Assembly: GCA_030828465.1 (NCBI GenBank) | Contig: JAURCL010000006.1 | Span: forward strand, 6,355 to 70,354 | Length of the DNA: 64,000 bases | Origin: Acidimicrobiales bacterium | GTDB taxonomy: Bacteria; Actinomycetota; Acidimicrobiia; Acidimicrobiales; Ilumatobacteraceae | Reading direction: 5' to 3' | In this document: piece after piece, positions 16,828 through 25,602 of the stretch | Layout of the letters: each line of letters starts with the position of its first letter | Position numbering within the stretch: position 1 is the stretch's first letter | The notes under the pieces: model-generated | Told to the model about the DNA's origin: nothing | The model's database searches: none | The model's input: the letters and a program-made list of their open reading frames with translations, nothing else | Translations under genes and position numbers: made by a program

Positions 16828-18402
16828 TCAGACACCGACACTGATCGGCTCGAGCATCAACCCCGGCTCGTCCTGCTCGAGTCGTTGCAGTCGGTATCGC
16901 GATTCAAAGAGCGCGACCAAGCGTCCATCGCTGCGCGCGAGGATTCGCACTCCCCCGACCTCGCGCAAGCGATCGGCACTCGTCTGATCGGTGAACCGAA
17001 TCGCCTCGTACGGCGACGAGGAGATCTCCGCTGGTGCGTTGAACTCAACATCCAGTCGATCCGCGAAGACATCGAACTGCAGAGCGCCGACCGCCGCCAG
17101 AACCGGGTTCGCGTCACCCGCCAGGGGATCTCGCAACACCTGAACCACACCTTCGCTGTCGAGTTGCTCGAGCCCTCTCCTGAACTGCTTGTACTTGCCG
17201 GTGTCGATTGGGCGGGCCGACGCGAATACCTCGGGGGCGAAGCGCGGAATCGGCGGGAAGGCGACTGGATCTCCGACATAGAGGGTGTCGCCGATCTGTA
17301 AATCCATCGCGTTCACGAGTCCGACGACGTCGCCGGGAAAGGCCTCGTCGACGGTGGTGCGCTCCGCCCCGAACACCTGCGAGGCGTATTTCGTGGCGAA
17401 GGGCTTGCCCGTGCGACCACAGGTGAGGACCATCCCCCGCTCGAACACCCCGGAACACACCCGGATGAACGCGATCCGATCGCGGTGCGCGCGATCCATG
17501 TTCGCCTGCACTTTGAAGACAAATGCCGAGCAGTCGCTCGACAGGCCCCTCCCCTCCCCGTCGACATCTGGCCTCGGGGCGGGGGCCGGAGCGAGATCGA
17601 TGACGGCGTCGAGCAGGTGACGCACGCCGAAATTCGTGAGGGCCGATCCGACGAACACCGGTGAGGTCATCCCGGCCAGGAAGGTCTCGGGATCATGCGA
17701 TGCATCAACCGCCGCTAGCAGGCCGATCTCATCCATGGCGGACGACCAAGCGCTCCCCTCCTCCTCAGCAGCGCGTTCCGCCGGCACCTCCTCCTCAGGT
17801 GCGATTGCCGAACCCCTGACGGTTCGCGTGAAACGCGTGAATCCACCGTCACGCCGGTCGATCACCCCACGGAAGTCTCCGGAGATCCCAACCGGCCAGG
17901 TCACCGGTGTCGGCTTCAACCCAATCTGCTCCTCGATCTCGTCGAGGAGTTCCAAGGGCTCGCGCCCGGGCCGGTCGTACTTGTTGAGGAAGGTGATGAC
18001 CGGAAGCCCTCGATCACGGCACACCTCGAACAGCTTGAGGGTCTGCGGTTCGATGCCTTTTGCCGAGTCGAGCACCATGACCACCGAGTCGACCGCGGAG
18101 AGGACGCGATAGGTGTCCTCGGAGAAGTCGCGGTGGCCGGGGGTGTCGAGCAAGTTGCACTGCATCCCTCGGTAGTCGAAGGAGAGAGCCGTCGATGAAA
18201 TGGAGATACCGCGCTTCTGTTCCATCTCCATCCAGTCGCTCGTCGCCGAGCGTCGACCCGATCGCGCTTTGACGGCGCCAGCCTCTCCAACGGCCCCTGC
18301 GTAAAGGAGGAACTTCTCGGTGAGGGTCGTCTTCCCAGCGTCAGGGTGACTGATGATGGCGAAGGTGCGACGGCGTGCCGCCTCTGCCGCCGGATCTCCC
18401 AC
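16828..18402 (-). CDS. prfC: peptide chain release factor 3
   Basis: FAIISHPDAGKTTLTEKFLLY, DTPGHRDF and NKYDR GTPase motifs, with an RF3-length C-terminus (524 aa). Confidence 0.95.
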   Translation of the reverse strand: MGDPAAEAARRRTFAIISHPDAGKTTLTEKFLLYAGAVGEAGAVKARSGRRSATSDWMEMEQKRGISISSTALSFDYRGMQCNLLDTPGHRDFSEDTYRVLSAVDSVVMVLDSAKGIEPQTLKLFEVCRDRGLPVITFLNKYDRPGREPLELLDEIEEQIGLKPTPVTWPVGISGDFRGVIDRRDGGFTRFTRTVRGSAIAPEEEVPAERAAEEEGSAWSSAMDEIGLLAAVDASHDPETFLAGMTSPVFVGSALTNFGVRHLLDAVIDLAPAPAPRPDVDGEGRGLSSDCSAFVFKVQANMDRAHRDRIAFIRVCSGVFERGMVLTCGRTGKPFATKYASQVFGAERTTVDEAFPGDVVGLVNAMDLQIGDTLYVGDPVAFPPIPRFAPEVFASARPIDTGKYKQFRRGLEQLDSEGVVQVLRDPLAGDANPVLAAVGALQFDVFADRLDVEFNAPAEISSSPYEAIRFTDQTSADRLREVGGVRILARSDGRLVALFESRYRLQRLEQDEPGLMLEPISVGV

Positions 18403-18440
18403 GTCGGCAAGGCTAGGGGTCGCGGTGCGATACTGGCCTG

Positions 18441-19496
18441 ATGTCGATGCCCCCCTCTCCCGCGTGCGCCTTCGCGAGCGACAACGCGGCCGGCGCCCAC
18501 CCCCTCGTGTTGGAGGCTTTGGTGGAGGCCAACCACGGACACGCTCTCGCCTATGGGGAGGATCGGTGGACCAAGCGATGCGAGGCCCTTTTCGACGAGT
18601 TGTTCGGTCAGCCGGTGACCACGCTCCTCGCCGTCAACGGAACGGGCGCCAATGTCCTCGCCCTCGCGGGGCTGCTCAACCAAGCCGAGGCCGTCCTCTG
18701 CTCGGACTGGTCGCATATCAATGTCGACGAGACCGGTGCCCCCGAGCGGGTGCTCGGAGCGAAGTTGATACCGCTGAGGAGCGTCGCCGGACGGGTCTCT
18801 GTCGCCGAAGTCGAGCGCGCGTGTGGGGCTCTTGGCAATCCGCATCACGCCCAACCCGGCGTGCTCTCACTGACGCAGAGCACCGAATGGGGAACCTGTT
18901 ACTCAGTTGACGACATCGGCGCGCTCGTCGAGGCCGCCCATGCCCGTGGCCTCCGAGTGCATCTCGACGGAGCACGGATAGCGAACGCCGTCGCCGCCCT
19001 CGGACACGGTGTGGGCGGTTTGCGGGAGATGGTGGTCGAGACCGGCGTCGACGCCATCAGTTTCGGTGGAACCAAGAACGGCTTGTTCGGCGCGGAGGCC
19101 GTGATCTTCCTAAATCTCGACCTCGCGGCGCGAGGTCAGTACCTGCGAAAACAGGTCAACCAGCTCGCCTCCAAAATGCGCTTCATCTCTGCGCAGTTCT
19201 GCGCGGCGCTGGAAGATGGCCGCTGGTTGGACTGGGCGGGTCATGCCAACGCGATGGCCAGCGAGCTGCATCGTGCGACCGCTCCCCTGCTGCCGGAGGG
19301 AGCGATCGGGTCACCGGAGGTGAACAGCGTCTTCCCCGTGCTCCCGTCGGAGGCGGCCGCCACGCTCCGTGACTGGTGTTTCTTCTGGGATTGGGACACC
19401 ACCGCCGACCAGTACCGATGGATGACCGCTTGGGATACGTCTCCCGACGACATCTCAAGGTTCGCGGCCGGAGTCGCCCATGTGCTGGGTCGGTGA
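18441..19496 (+). CDS. ltaE: low-specificity L-threonine aldolase (beta-eliminating lyase family, PLP)
   Basis: FASDNAAGAHP, NGTGANVLAL and SFGGTKNG (PLP lysine) motifs; 351 aa. Confidence 0.85.
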   Translation: MSMPPSPACAFASDNAAGAHPLVLEALVEANHGHALAYGEDRWTKRCEALFDELFGQPVTTLLAVNGTGANVLALAGLLNQAEAVLCSDWSHINVDETGAPERVLGAKLIPLRSVAGRVSVAEVERACGALGNPHHAQPGVLSLTQSTEWGTCYSVDDIGALVEAAHARGLRVHLDGARIANAVAALGHGVGGLREMVVETGVDAISFGGTKNGLFGAEAVIFLNLDLAARGQYLRKQVNQLASKMRFISAQFCAALEDGRWLDWAGHANAMASELHRATAPLLPEGAIGSPEVNSVFPVLPSEAAATLRDWCFFWDWDTTADQYRWMTAWDTSPDDISRFAAGVAHVLGR

Positions 19497-19512
19497 CCGC
19501 CCGTTATCGCGA

Positions 19513-19542
19513 TTGACCGCCAACCTCTGGCTCGCCTAACGT
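19513..19542 (+). promoter_or_regulatory. candidate promoter upstream of whiB
   Basis: TTGACC (19513-19518), an 18-nt spacer, then TAACGT (19537-19542). Confidence 0.35.
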
Positions 19543-19547
19543 TGCCC

Positions 19548-19573
19548 GGTACCGCGCAGGCTCGTGCGGTACC
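19548..19573 (+). promoter_or_regulatory. perfect 8-bp inverted repeat in the whiB leader
   Basis: GGTACCGC-N10-GCGGTACC read directly. It lies between the putative -10 and the ATG at 19592, so it could be an RNA hairpin or a protein operator. Confidence 0.4.
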
Positions 19574-19591
19574 AGACGCCAGGGGGTTCGG

Positions 19592-19894
19592 ATGAATGTT
19601 GTCGACTTCATCAGACGGGAGTTGACAGAGGACGACTGGATGGCCGATGGCGCCTGCCGGGGCCTCTCCTACCTCTTCTTCCCCACCGCCGCCGAGCGAC
19701 CCCAGACGCGCGAACGGCGCGAGGAAGCCGCGCGCGAGGTGTGCGAGGGCTGCTCGGTCCGGGTGACCTGTCGCGACTTCGCCCGACAGCAACGTGAGTA
19801 CGGTTTCTGGGGAGGCGAGACCGAGGACGAGCGCCACGCGGCCGGCTATCGGCTCATCGCGCCCATCGGTGTTCGCGCCCGCCAGACCAGCTGA
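19592..19894 (+). CDS. whiB: WhiB-family redox-sensing transcription factor
   Basis: Four Cys pattern: GACRG...VCEGCSVRVTCRDFA (C-x(n)-C-x2-C-x5-C), then the GFWGGETEDER turn motif. Confidence 0.9.
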   Translation: MNVVDFIRRELTEDDWMADGACRGLSYLFFPTAAERPQTRERREEAAREVCEGCSVRVTCRDFARQQREYGFWGGETEDERHAAGYRLIAPIGVRARQTS

Positions 19895-19903
19895 CGCGCG
19901 CCG

Positions 19904-20779
19904 GTGTCCGAACAGTCATCACCTCCCGGCGGGGTTCTCGTCGTCGGAAGCGCCAACCTCGATCTGGTCGCCACCACCGCTCGACACCCGTCGCCCGGTG
20001 AGACCCTGATCGGCCACGACTACTCCGAGCATCCAGGAGGAAAGGGTCTCAACCAGGCGGTAGCGGCCGCTCGAGCCGGATCGCCGACGCGATTCGTCGG
20101 CGCAGTCGGTCGGGACGATGCGGGACAGACGCTGACCCGGGTCGCCGCCGAATCAGGCGTTGACACCTCCGAGATCGCCGATGTCGACGCTTCCACCGGA
20201 CGGGCGTTGATTCTCGTCGCCGAGTCCGGTGAGAACTCGATCGTGGTCGTTCCCGGCGCGAACGAGCTCTGTCCCGTGGGCACCGCCCGAGACGGTGAGG
20301 TCGTTCTGGCCCAACTTGAGGTTCCCCTCAACACGGTCGAGTCAACGTTCCGGACCGCCCGGGAGGTTGGGGCGACGACCGTGTTGAACCCGGCCCCAGC
20401 GCGTCCGCTCCCACCGGAACTCCTCGAGCTCGTCGACATCATCGTGCCGAATGAACACGAACTCGACCTCCTCGGAGGGGTGTCCAGCCTGCTCGAGAAG
20501 GGGGTCGGAACCGTCGTCGTAACCCTCGGCGCCGAAGGTGCCCGGGTTCACACCCGGGACGGCGCGGTCGACATTCCGACACTCTCTGTCGACGCCGTCG
20601 ACACCACTGGCGCTGGAGACACATTCTGCGGATATCTCGCCTCTGGACTGGCCAGCGGTCTCCCACTCGAGAACGCTGCACGGCGCGGCTGCCTCGCCGC
20701 CGCCCTGAGCACCACCCGGTCCGGTGCTGTCCCGTCGATTCCCACCTCGGCCGAGGTGGGGGGCGTCAGCGCCTTCTGA
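19904..20779 (+). CDS. rbsK: ribokinase (PfkB family)
   Basis: VLVVGSANLDLV, GGKGLNQAVAAARAG, and DTTGAGDTF near the C-terminus. Confidence 0.85.
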   Translation: MSEQSSPPGGVLVVGSANLDLVATTARHPSPGETLIGHDYSEHPGGKGLNQAVAAARAGSPTRFVGAVGRDDAGQTLTRVAAESGVDTSEIADVDASTGRALILVAESGENSIVVVPGANELCPVGTARDGEVVLAQLEVPLNTVESTFRTAREVGATTVLNPAPARPLPPELLELVDIIVPNEHELDLLGGVSSLLEKGVGTVVVTLGAEGARVHTRDGAVDIPTLSVDAVDTTGAGDTFCGYLASGLASGLPLENAARRGCLAAALSTTRSGAVPSIPTSAEVGGVSAF

Positions 20780-21650
20780 GGGTGAGGGCCGCCCAAGCGC
20801 CGAGCAAGCAGCGTCGCACCTCGCGCCACGCCGGGAACGCGGCGAGCACCGCTGGGATCCTGTGTTCCGGAAATCCCGATAACACCACCCGTGCAGTCGA
20901 TGACGCGGCAGCATCGATGCGCGGAGCCAGGGCGACGATCTCTGGAGCCAAAATGTTCGCCAACACCAGATCCGCTCCCCCGCTGAAGGCCTCGCGTGCC
21001 CTCATCCCGGTTCCGTCGAGCACCACCTCCACCGAATGACCAACCCCGGCCCGGGTGATGTTGGCCTCGGCTGCCTCAACGGCACCGGGCGAGATATCGA
21101 TCGCTACCACCCGCTCGGCTCCCCGCACCGCCGCGATGATGGCCAACGTTCCACTCCCTGTGCCGAGATCGACCACGCGGAACCCGGGTCGAACCAAGCG
21201 CAACACCTCACCGGCCACCAGCACGGTTGTCGGATGATCGCCGAGGCCGAAAGAACCTGCCGGCTCGATGGCGATGGACCGGCGAGCGCGTGGAGCCTCG
21301 ATCCACGCGGGGCCGACAGCAAGGGACGGCGTCACCCGTCGCCAGCGAGCGTGGTCGCGCCAGAGCTCAAGCATCTCAACGTCTCGGCGAATGACCTCCA
21401 CCGGCCCGATCGCCGCGTCAGTGCCCTTGGCCACCGCTTGGAGCATCGAAGCCATCGATTGCGCTGATCGCTCCGACGTCACGGTTGCGACGGCCACGGC
21501 ACCGATCGATGACGAACGTTCCTCGACCGCGGTAGCGCCCGCTGACCAAAGCAGATCACTGGCAACCTCGATCAAGTCCAGCGGGGCTGGAAGGCGTACC
21601 TCCCAGACCGTCTCGACGTCTCGGGAGTCAGTCGAGTCGGCGGAGGTCAC
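20766..21650 (-). CDS. prmA: ribosomal protein L11 methyltransferase-like SAM methyltransferase
   Basis: FGLGDHPTT, VVDLGTGSGTLAIIAA and VVAIDISPGAV motifs. The start is uncertain (GTG 21650 or the ORF start at 21692); both overlap the upstream gene's 3' end. Confidence 0.75.
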   Translation of the reverse strand: MTSADSTDSRDVETVWEVRLPAPLDLIEVASDLLWSAGATAVEERSSSIGAVAVATVTSERSAQSMASMLQAVAKGTDAAIGPVEVIRRDVEMLELWRDHARWRRVTPSLAVGPAWIEAPRARRSIAIEPAGSFGLGDHPTTVLVAGEVLRLVRPGFRVVDLGTGSGTLAIIAAVRGAERVVAIDISPGAVEAAEANITRAGVGHSVEVVLDGTGMRAREAFSGGADLVLANILAPEIVALAPRIDAAASSTARVVLSGFPEHRIPAVLAAFPAWREVRRCLLGAWAALTLRRR

Positions 21651-22146
21651 GAGAGAACCGAGCCGCTCGCTGTCGGTACGACTCCGCGGCAAGAGCCACC
21701 AGCTCCGGGCGGGCGCGACCCTCTTTGATAACCGCTGGCGAACCGGCGGCCAATGCGCCGGCTGGCACCGTGACGTCGTAGAGCACCACCGAGTTCGCAG
21801 CGACGATCGCTCCGGGGCCGATCACCGAGCGGTGGAGCACCATCGCCGCGTTGCCAACCATGCAACCGTCCTTGATCACGCATCCCTCGAGGTGGACGAT
21901 GTGTCCGATCACGCAGTCATTGCCCACCACCGTCGCGTCAGCCGGAGTCGTGTGCAACACCGAGTTGTCCTGAATGCTCGTTCCGCGACCGATCTCGATG
22001 TAGCCGTCATCGCCGCGCAGCACAGCTCCGGGCCAGACCGACGACTCGGCTCCGACCCGCACATCGCCGATGATCACCGCGTCCGGATGGATATACGCGG
22101 CTGAGTCAATGGTTGGCGTGGCCTCGCCGAGGGCGTAGATCGGCAC
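21628..22146 (-). CDS. gamma-carbonic-anhydrase-like left-handed beta-helix protein (YrdA/PaaY type)
   Basis: MPIYALGEATPTIDSAAYIHPDAVIIGDVRVG followed by hexapeptide repeats; 172 aa. Confidence 0.85.
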   Translation of the reverse strand: MPIYALGEATPTIDSAAYIHPDAVIIGDVRVGAESSVWPGAVLRGDDGYIEIGRGTSIQDNSVLHTTPADATVVGNDCVIGHIVHLEGCVIKDGCMVGNAAMVLHRSVIGPGAIVAANSVVLYDVTVPAGALAAGSPAVIKEGRARPELVALAAESYRQRAARFSRDLRRLD

Positions 22147-22170
22147 GTGGCGACGATACCGTTGCGCTCC

Positions 22171-23769
22171 ATGTCCCGCCGGATCGACATCGAATTGACG
22201 AGTTCCCAGTCCGACGGAAGCTGGACGTGGAGAGCGGCGGGTGCGCGTGAGCCCAAGGGCACCGTCCCTGGCTCCGTTCTGCCGACCGGTGCCACCGTTG
22301 GAGCGACCCTCCGGGTCGAAGTCGAGCAGGGACTCGATGGGATCGAGGTACTCAGCGTCGTCGGAGGTCGCCAGCGGAGCGATGACGCGGGGCGCTTGGA
22401 AGTCATCGGTTCCGAGACCGCCTTCGAACCAGTGATCGAGACCCGAGCGAAGCGTCCGCGCGGAGAGGGACGTCGCGATGACCGGCGGCCCCGGCGCGAC
22501 GGAGCGGCTCCGCGTGATCGTCGCCGTGATCGTCGCGACGGTGACGCGGCCGGAAACACTGAGGGACGTCGGGAGCGTCCGCGTCGCGACGAGCGTCGGG
22601 GCCCCCGCTTCACTCCCCCTCCCGAGGTGCCACAGAGGCCGAAGCCCAAGCGCCTCCGGCCGGGTCGGGCGAATCGCAATGAAGTTTTGGCCTCGATCGA
22701 AGAGGATCGTCGCCCAATCGCCGAGGTTGCTCTTCAGGGAATGGCTGCCGTGCGCAAGCGCGTCAAGGAGGAGAACGCGAAGATCGTGGAAGCCGGAGGC
22801 ACACCGATGCCCGAGGCGTCCGTCTTGAAGATGGCCGAGGAGATGCTGCCGAGACTTCGGGTGGCTGAATGGCGAGATCGTGCCGACGCCGCTCTACGTC
22901 AGATCGAAACCCTCGACCTGCGCGATCTTCGCTCGGTTGTCGCGGCTGCGGGTGACCCGATCGTCACTCGCGATGCCTCAACCAGAGAGCTCGCGGATCA
23001 ACTCAAGGTGGCGCTGCGTGACCGCCAGGAGCAAGAACTCCAATTGTGGTTCGGCGACGTGGACGCCGCCCTCGCGGTTGGTCGTGTCGTTCGCGCGCTC
23101 CGTCTGAGCTCGCAGCCGCCGAAGGCGGGGGTCGTCTTCCCCCCGGCCATCGCTACCCGATTGGTCGACTCCACCAACGCGACGCTGACCCCGCTCGAAT
23201 CAACGGAGCGCTGGTGCGCGATCTTGGAGGCGGCCGCGTTCTCTCCCATTCGTGCACTCATCAAGCCGATGGGACGCCCCGACGTGGCCGCCGATGAGCT
23301 GCTTGCCACGGTGACGCGACTCGCGCCGGCGATCCCGCAGATTGCCGAACTGTTCGGTGTCGAGGTCGCCGAGAACGCCGCCATGCCCAAACCTCTGCGC
23401 CCGACGCGACCGGGACGCGAGAACGCTCCCAAGAAGCCCGGCGGTCGGGCCACTGACGCATCACGACGCCGCCCGAAGAAGGATGCCGAGACAACGTCCT
23501 CGGCCGACGTCGACGCGGAGCCCGCAGAGCCGATCGTCACCCCCACCGACGCTGATGAGGTCGCTGCCGGCAACCCGACCGTGGACCCGGGTCCTGAGGT
23601 GACCGACACCGCGTCGACGGCCGAGACGACGGAGGTTGTCGACGATGCAGAGACGTCTGCTCCGGCTGACCACGCCACCTCGAGCGATGACGATTCCTCT
23701 GAGAATTCGGCCTTGGTGCCATCCGAGGGGTCGGTGCCTCCGGACGCCTCGGACGATCCGACCGGTTGA
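22171..23769 (+). CDS. hypothetical multi-region protein: small N-terminal domain, Arg/Asp-rich segment, ~300-aa helical core, acidic tail
   Basis: 532-aa ORF with coding-like codon bias. RRDDRRPRRDGAAPRDRRRDRRDG...RRERPRRDERRG segment. The C-terminal ~90 aa are D/E/T/S-rich. No family recognised. The ATG at 22171 is preferred over the GTG at 22147. Confidence 0.6.
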   Translation: MSRRIDIELTSSQSDGSWTWRAAGAREPKGTVPGSVLPTGATVGATLRVEVEQGLDGIEVLSVVGGRQRSDDAGRLEVIGSETAFEPVIETRAKRPRGEGRRDDRRPRRDGAAPRDRRRDRRDGDAAGNTEGRRERPRRDERRGPRFTPPPEVPQRPKPKRLRPGRANRNEVLASIEEDRRPIAEVALQGMAAVRKRVKEENAKIVEAGGTPMPEASVLKMAEEMLPRLRVAEWRDRADAALRQIETLDLRDLRSVVAAAGDPIVTRDASTRELADQLKVALRDRQEQELQLWFGDVDAALAVGRVVRALRLSSQPPKAGVVFPPAIATRLVDSTNATLTPLESTERWCAILEAAAFSPIRALIKPMGRPDVAADELLATVTRLAPAIPQIAELFGVEVAENAAMPKPLRPTRPGRENAPKKPGGRATDASRRRPKKDAETTSSADVDAEPAEPIVTPTDADEVAAGNPTVDPGPEVTDTASTAETTEVVDDAETSAPADHATSSDDDSSENSALVPSEGSVPPDASDDPTG

Positions 23770-23806
23770 CTCGTCGCCCCCCTCCCGCGCTTCGTAGCAT
23801 CGGGGG

Positions 23807-24592
23807 ATGAGCGAGATCGTCGAGTATTCAAGTGAGGGTCGCGTCGCGATCATCACCCTGAACCGTCCCGAGGCCCGCAACGCGGTCAACGGTGATGTCG
23901 CCACCGGGCTCGAGGCCGCGGTCGACCGCCTCGAGGACGATCCGGAGGTCTGGGTCGGAATCCTGACCGCGAACACCGACGGGCAGGAGCGACCGGTGTT
24001 CTGTGCGGGCGCCGACCTAAAGGCCATCAACTCTGGCCAGGCCGGTTCTCTCGGCACGGCGCGGGGCGGCTTCGCCGGTTTCGTCTACCGAGAGCGACGT
24101 AAACCGATCATCGTCGCGGTGGATGGCCTCGCTACCGCAGGCGGATGCGAGATCGTGCTCGCTGCCGATCTCGTCGTCGCCACCAATCGATCGGCGTTCG
24201 GTTTGGCCGAGGTGAAGCGCAACCTGATCGCCGGTGCCGGGGGGTTGTTCCGCCTTCCTCGAGCCATCGGACAGGCGGCCGCGATGGAGGCGATCCTCAC
24301 CGGTGAGCCGATTCCGGCAGAGCGAGCCTTCGCGCTCGGACTGGTCTCCCGACTCGTGGAGCCGGGCGAAGCAGTCGCCGAGGCGCGTCGACTCGCGGAT
24401 CAAATCACCGCGTGCGCACCTCTGGCTGTGTGGGCGAGCCGCGAGGTGGTACTCGCCTCCGCCTGGGCCGATGATGAGACGCTCCGTTCGATGACCGATC
24501 GGGCCTTCGGCACGGTGCTCGCCTCTGAGGACACGAAGGAAGGGCTTGAGGCATTTATCGAGAAGCGCCCCCCGGAGTGGAAGGGACGCTGA
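23807..24592 (+). CDS. enoyl-CoA hydratase/isomerase (crotonase) family
   Basis: ITLNRPEARNAV, FCAGADLKA and AVDGLATAGGCEIVLAADL motifs. Confidence 0.85.
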   Translation: MSEIVEYSSEGRVAIITLNRPEARNAVNGDVATGLEAAVDRLEDDPEVWVGILTANTDGQERPVFCAGADLKAINSGQAGSLGTARGGFAGFVYRERRKPIIVAVDGLATAGGCEIVLAADLVVATNRSAFGLAEVKRNLIAGAGGLFRLPRAIGQAAAMEAILTGEPIPAERAFALGLVSRLVEPGEAVAEARRLADQITACAPLAVWASREVVLASAWADDETLRSMTDRAFGTVLASEDTKEGLEAFIEKRPPEWKGR

Positions 24593-24593
24593 G

Positions 24594-25025
24594 TCAGAGG
24601 TCCACCGACACGGTGATCAGCCGGGCCGTGATCCCCGCGCGTTCCCACAGGTTCTTCGTGTCGCGGTCCCCGGGAAGGGCCTCCGCCTCGAGACGCCTCG
24701 CTCCTCTTTCCCGCGCGATGCGTTGGATTTCTGCGACGAGCGCGTCACCGAATCCGACTTCGCGCGCCTGATCAAGTACGAACACCTCGTCGACCGTCAT
24801 CACCTGATCGCCTCCTATACGGGCGACCAGATAGCCGACGACAACCTCGTCGAGGTCGGCGACGAGAGCCACAACGCCGAAGTCGTTCCAGTTGGGCATC
24901 GGGTGGGTTTCGATCCACCTCGCACCCCCTCTGGCCTCGCGTATCGACTCGCGGGCAAGTGCGGCCAACTCGTCGAGCGCGACCTCGTCGGCCGCCGTGA
25001 ATTCCCGGACGACCGGGTCGATCAC
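24594..25025 (-). CDS. GNAT-family N-acetyltransferase
   Basis: VFVLDQAREVGFGDALVAEIQRIARERGARRLE (motif A-like). The GTG start at 25025 overlaps the upstream stop (GTGA). Confidence 0.7.
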   Translation of the reverse strand: MIDPVVREFTAADEVALDELAALARESIREARGGARWIETHPMPNWNDFGVVALVADLDEVVVGYLVARIGGDQVMTVDEVFVLDQAREVGFGDALVAEIQRIARERGARRLEAEALPGDRDTKNLWERAGITARLITVSVDL

Positions 25026-25507
25026 GAGAAGACGGGACAGTCGTCGTCGCCCACCGGGCACGAGGGAGCGTTCGCGCGGACCAACAGGAAACAGGAGGAG
25101 CAGAGTTGCTCGTCAGCGCGCTTGGGTTGAATCCCGTCGATCGCCTCAGCCTTCTCGTCGACGCTCGGAGTCGCTTCCTCTTCCTCGTCCTCGCCCTCCT
25201 CAGTGGCCGCCACCATGCGGTCCTTGAGGATCATGTCGAGGTCTGCCTCCACATCGTCCGGCGAGAGCATCTCGTCGTCGTCATCGTCAGCATCTTCTTC
25301 CTTCGCCTTCCGGCGGCGGCTCGAGTCCTCCTCGGAGTCAGCTTCACCGTCGGAGTCGACGCTGTCGGAGTCCTTGTCGGGCTCCTCCTCGAACTCCTCG
25401 TCATCGTCGAGATCCTCCGGCTCCTCGTCGAGGTCCTCGTCGTCGCTGTCGTTGTCCTCCACCTCGAGTTCCTCGAGGTCCTCCGAGTCGATGTCGTCCT
25501 GGGCCAT
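25022..25507 (-). CDS. DUF4193-family protein (acidic N-terminus, C-terminal Cys4 motif)
   Basis: The first ~110 aa are dominated by D/E. The C-terminus reads EQLCSSCFLLVRANAPSCPVGDDDCPVF. Confidence 0.75.
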   Translation of the reverse strand: MAQDDIDSEDLEELEVEDNDSDDEDLDEEPEDLDDDEEFEEEPDKDSDSVDSDGEADSEEDSSRRRKAKEEDADDDDDEMLSPDDVEADLDMILKDRMVAATEEGEDEEEEATPSVDEKAEAIDGIQPKRADEQLCSSCFLLVRANAPSCPVGDDDCPVFS

Positions 25508-25602
25508 GTGTTCTCCGTCCGAAGTGGTTGGGGGGATGGTAGACGGACCGGTCCGTCTCCGCTCGTCGAGCGGCGGGGTCGCGCTCCGCGGATTGCCGGA
25601 GG

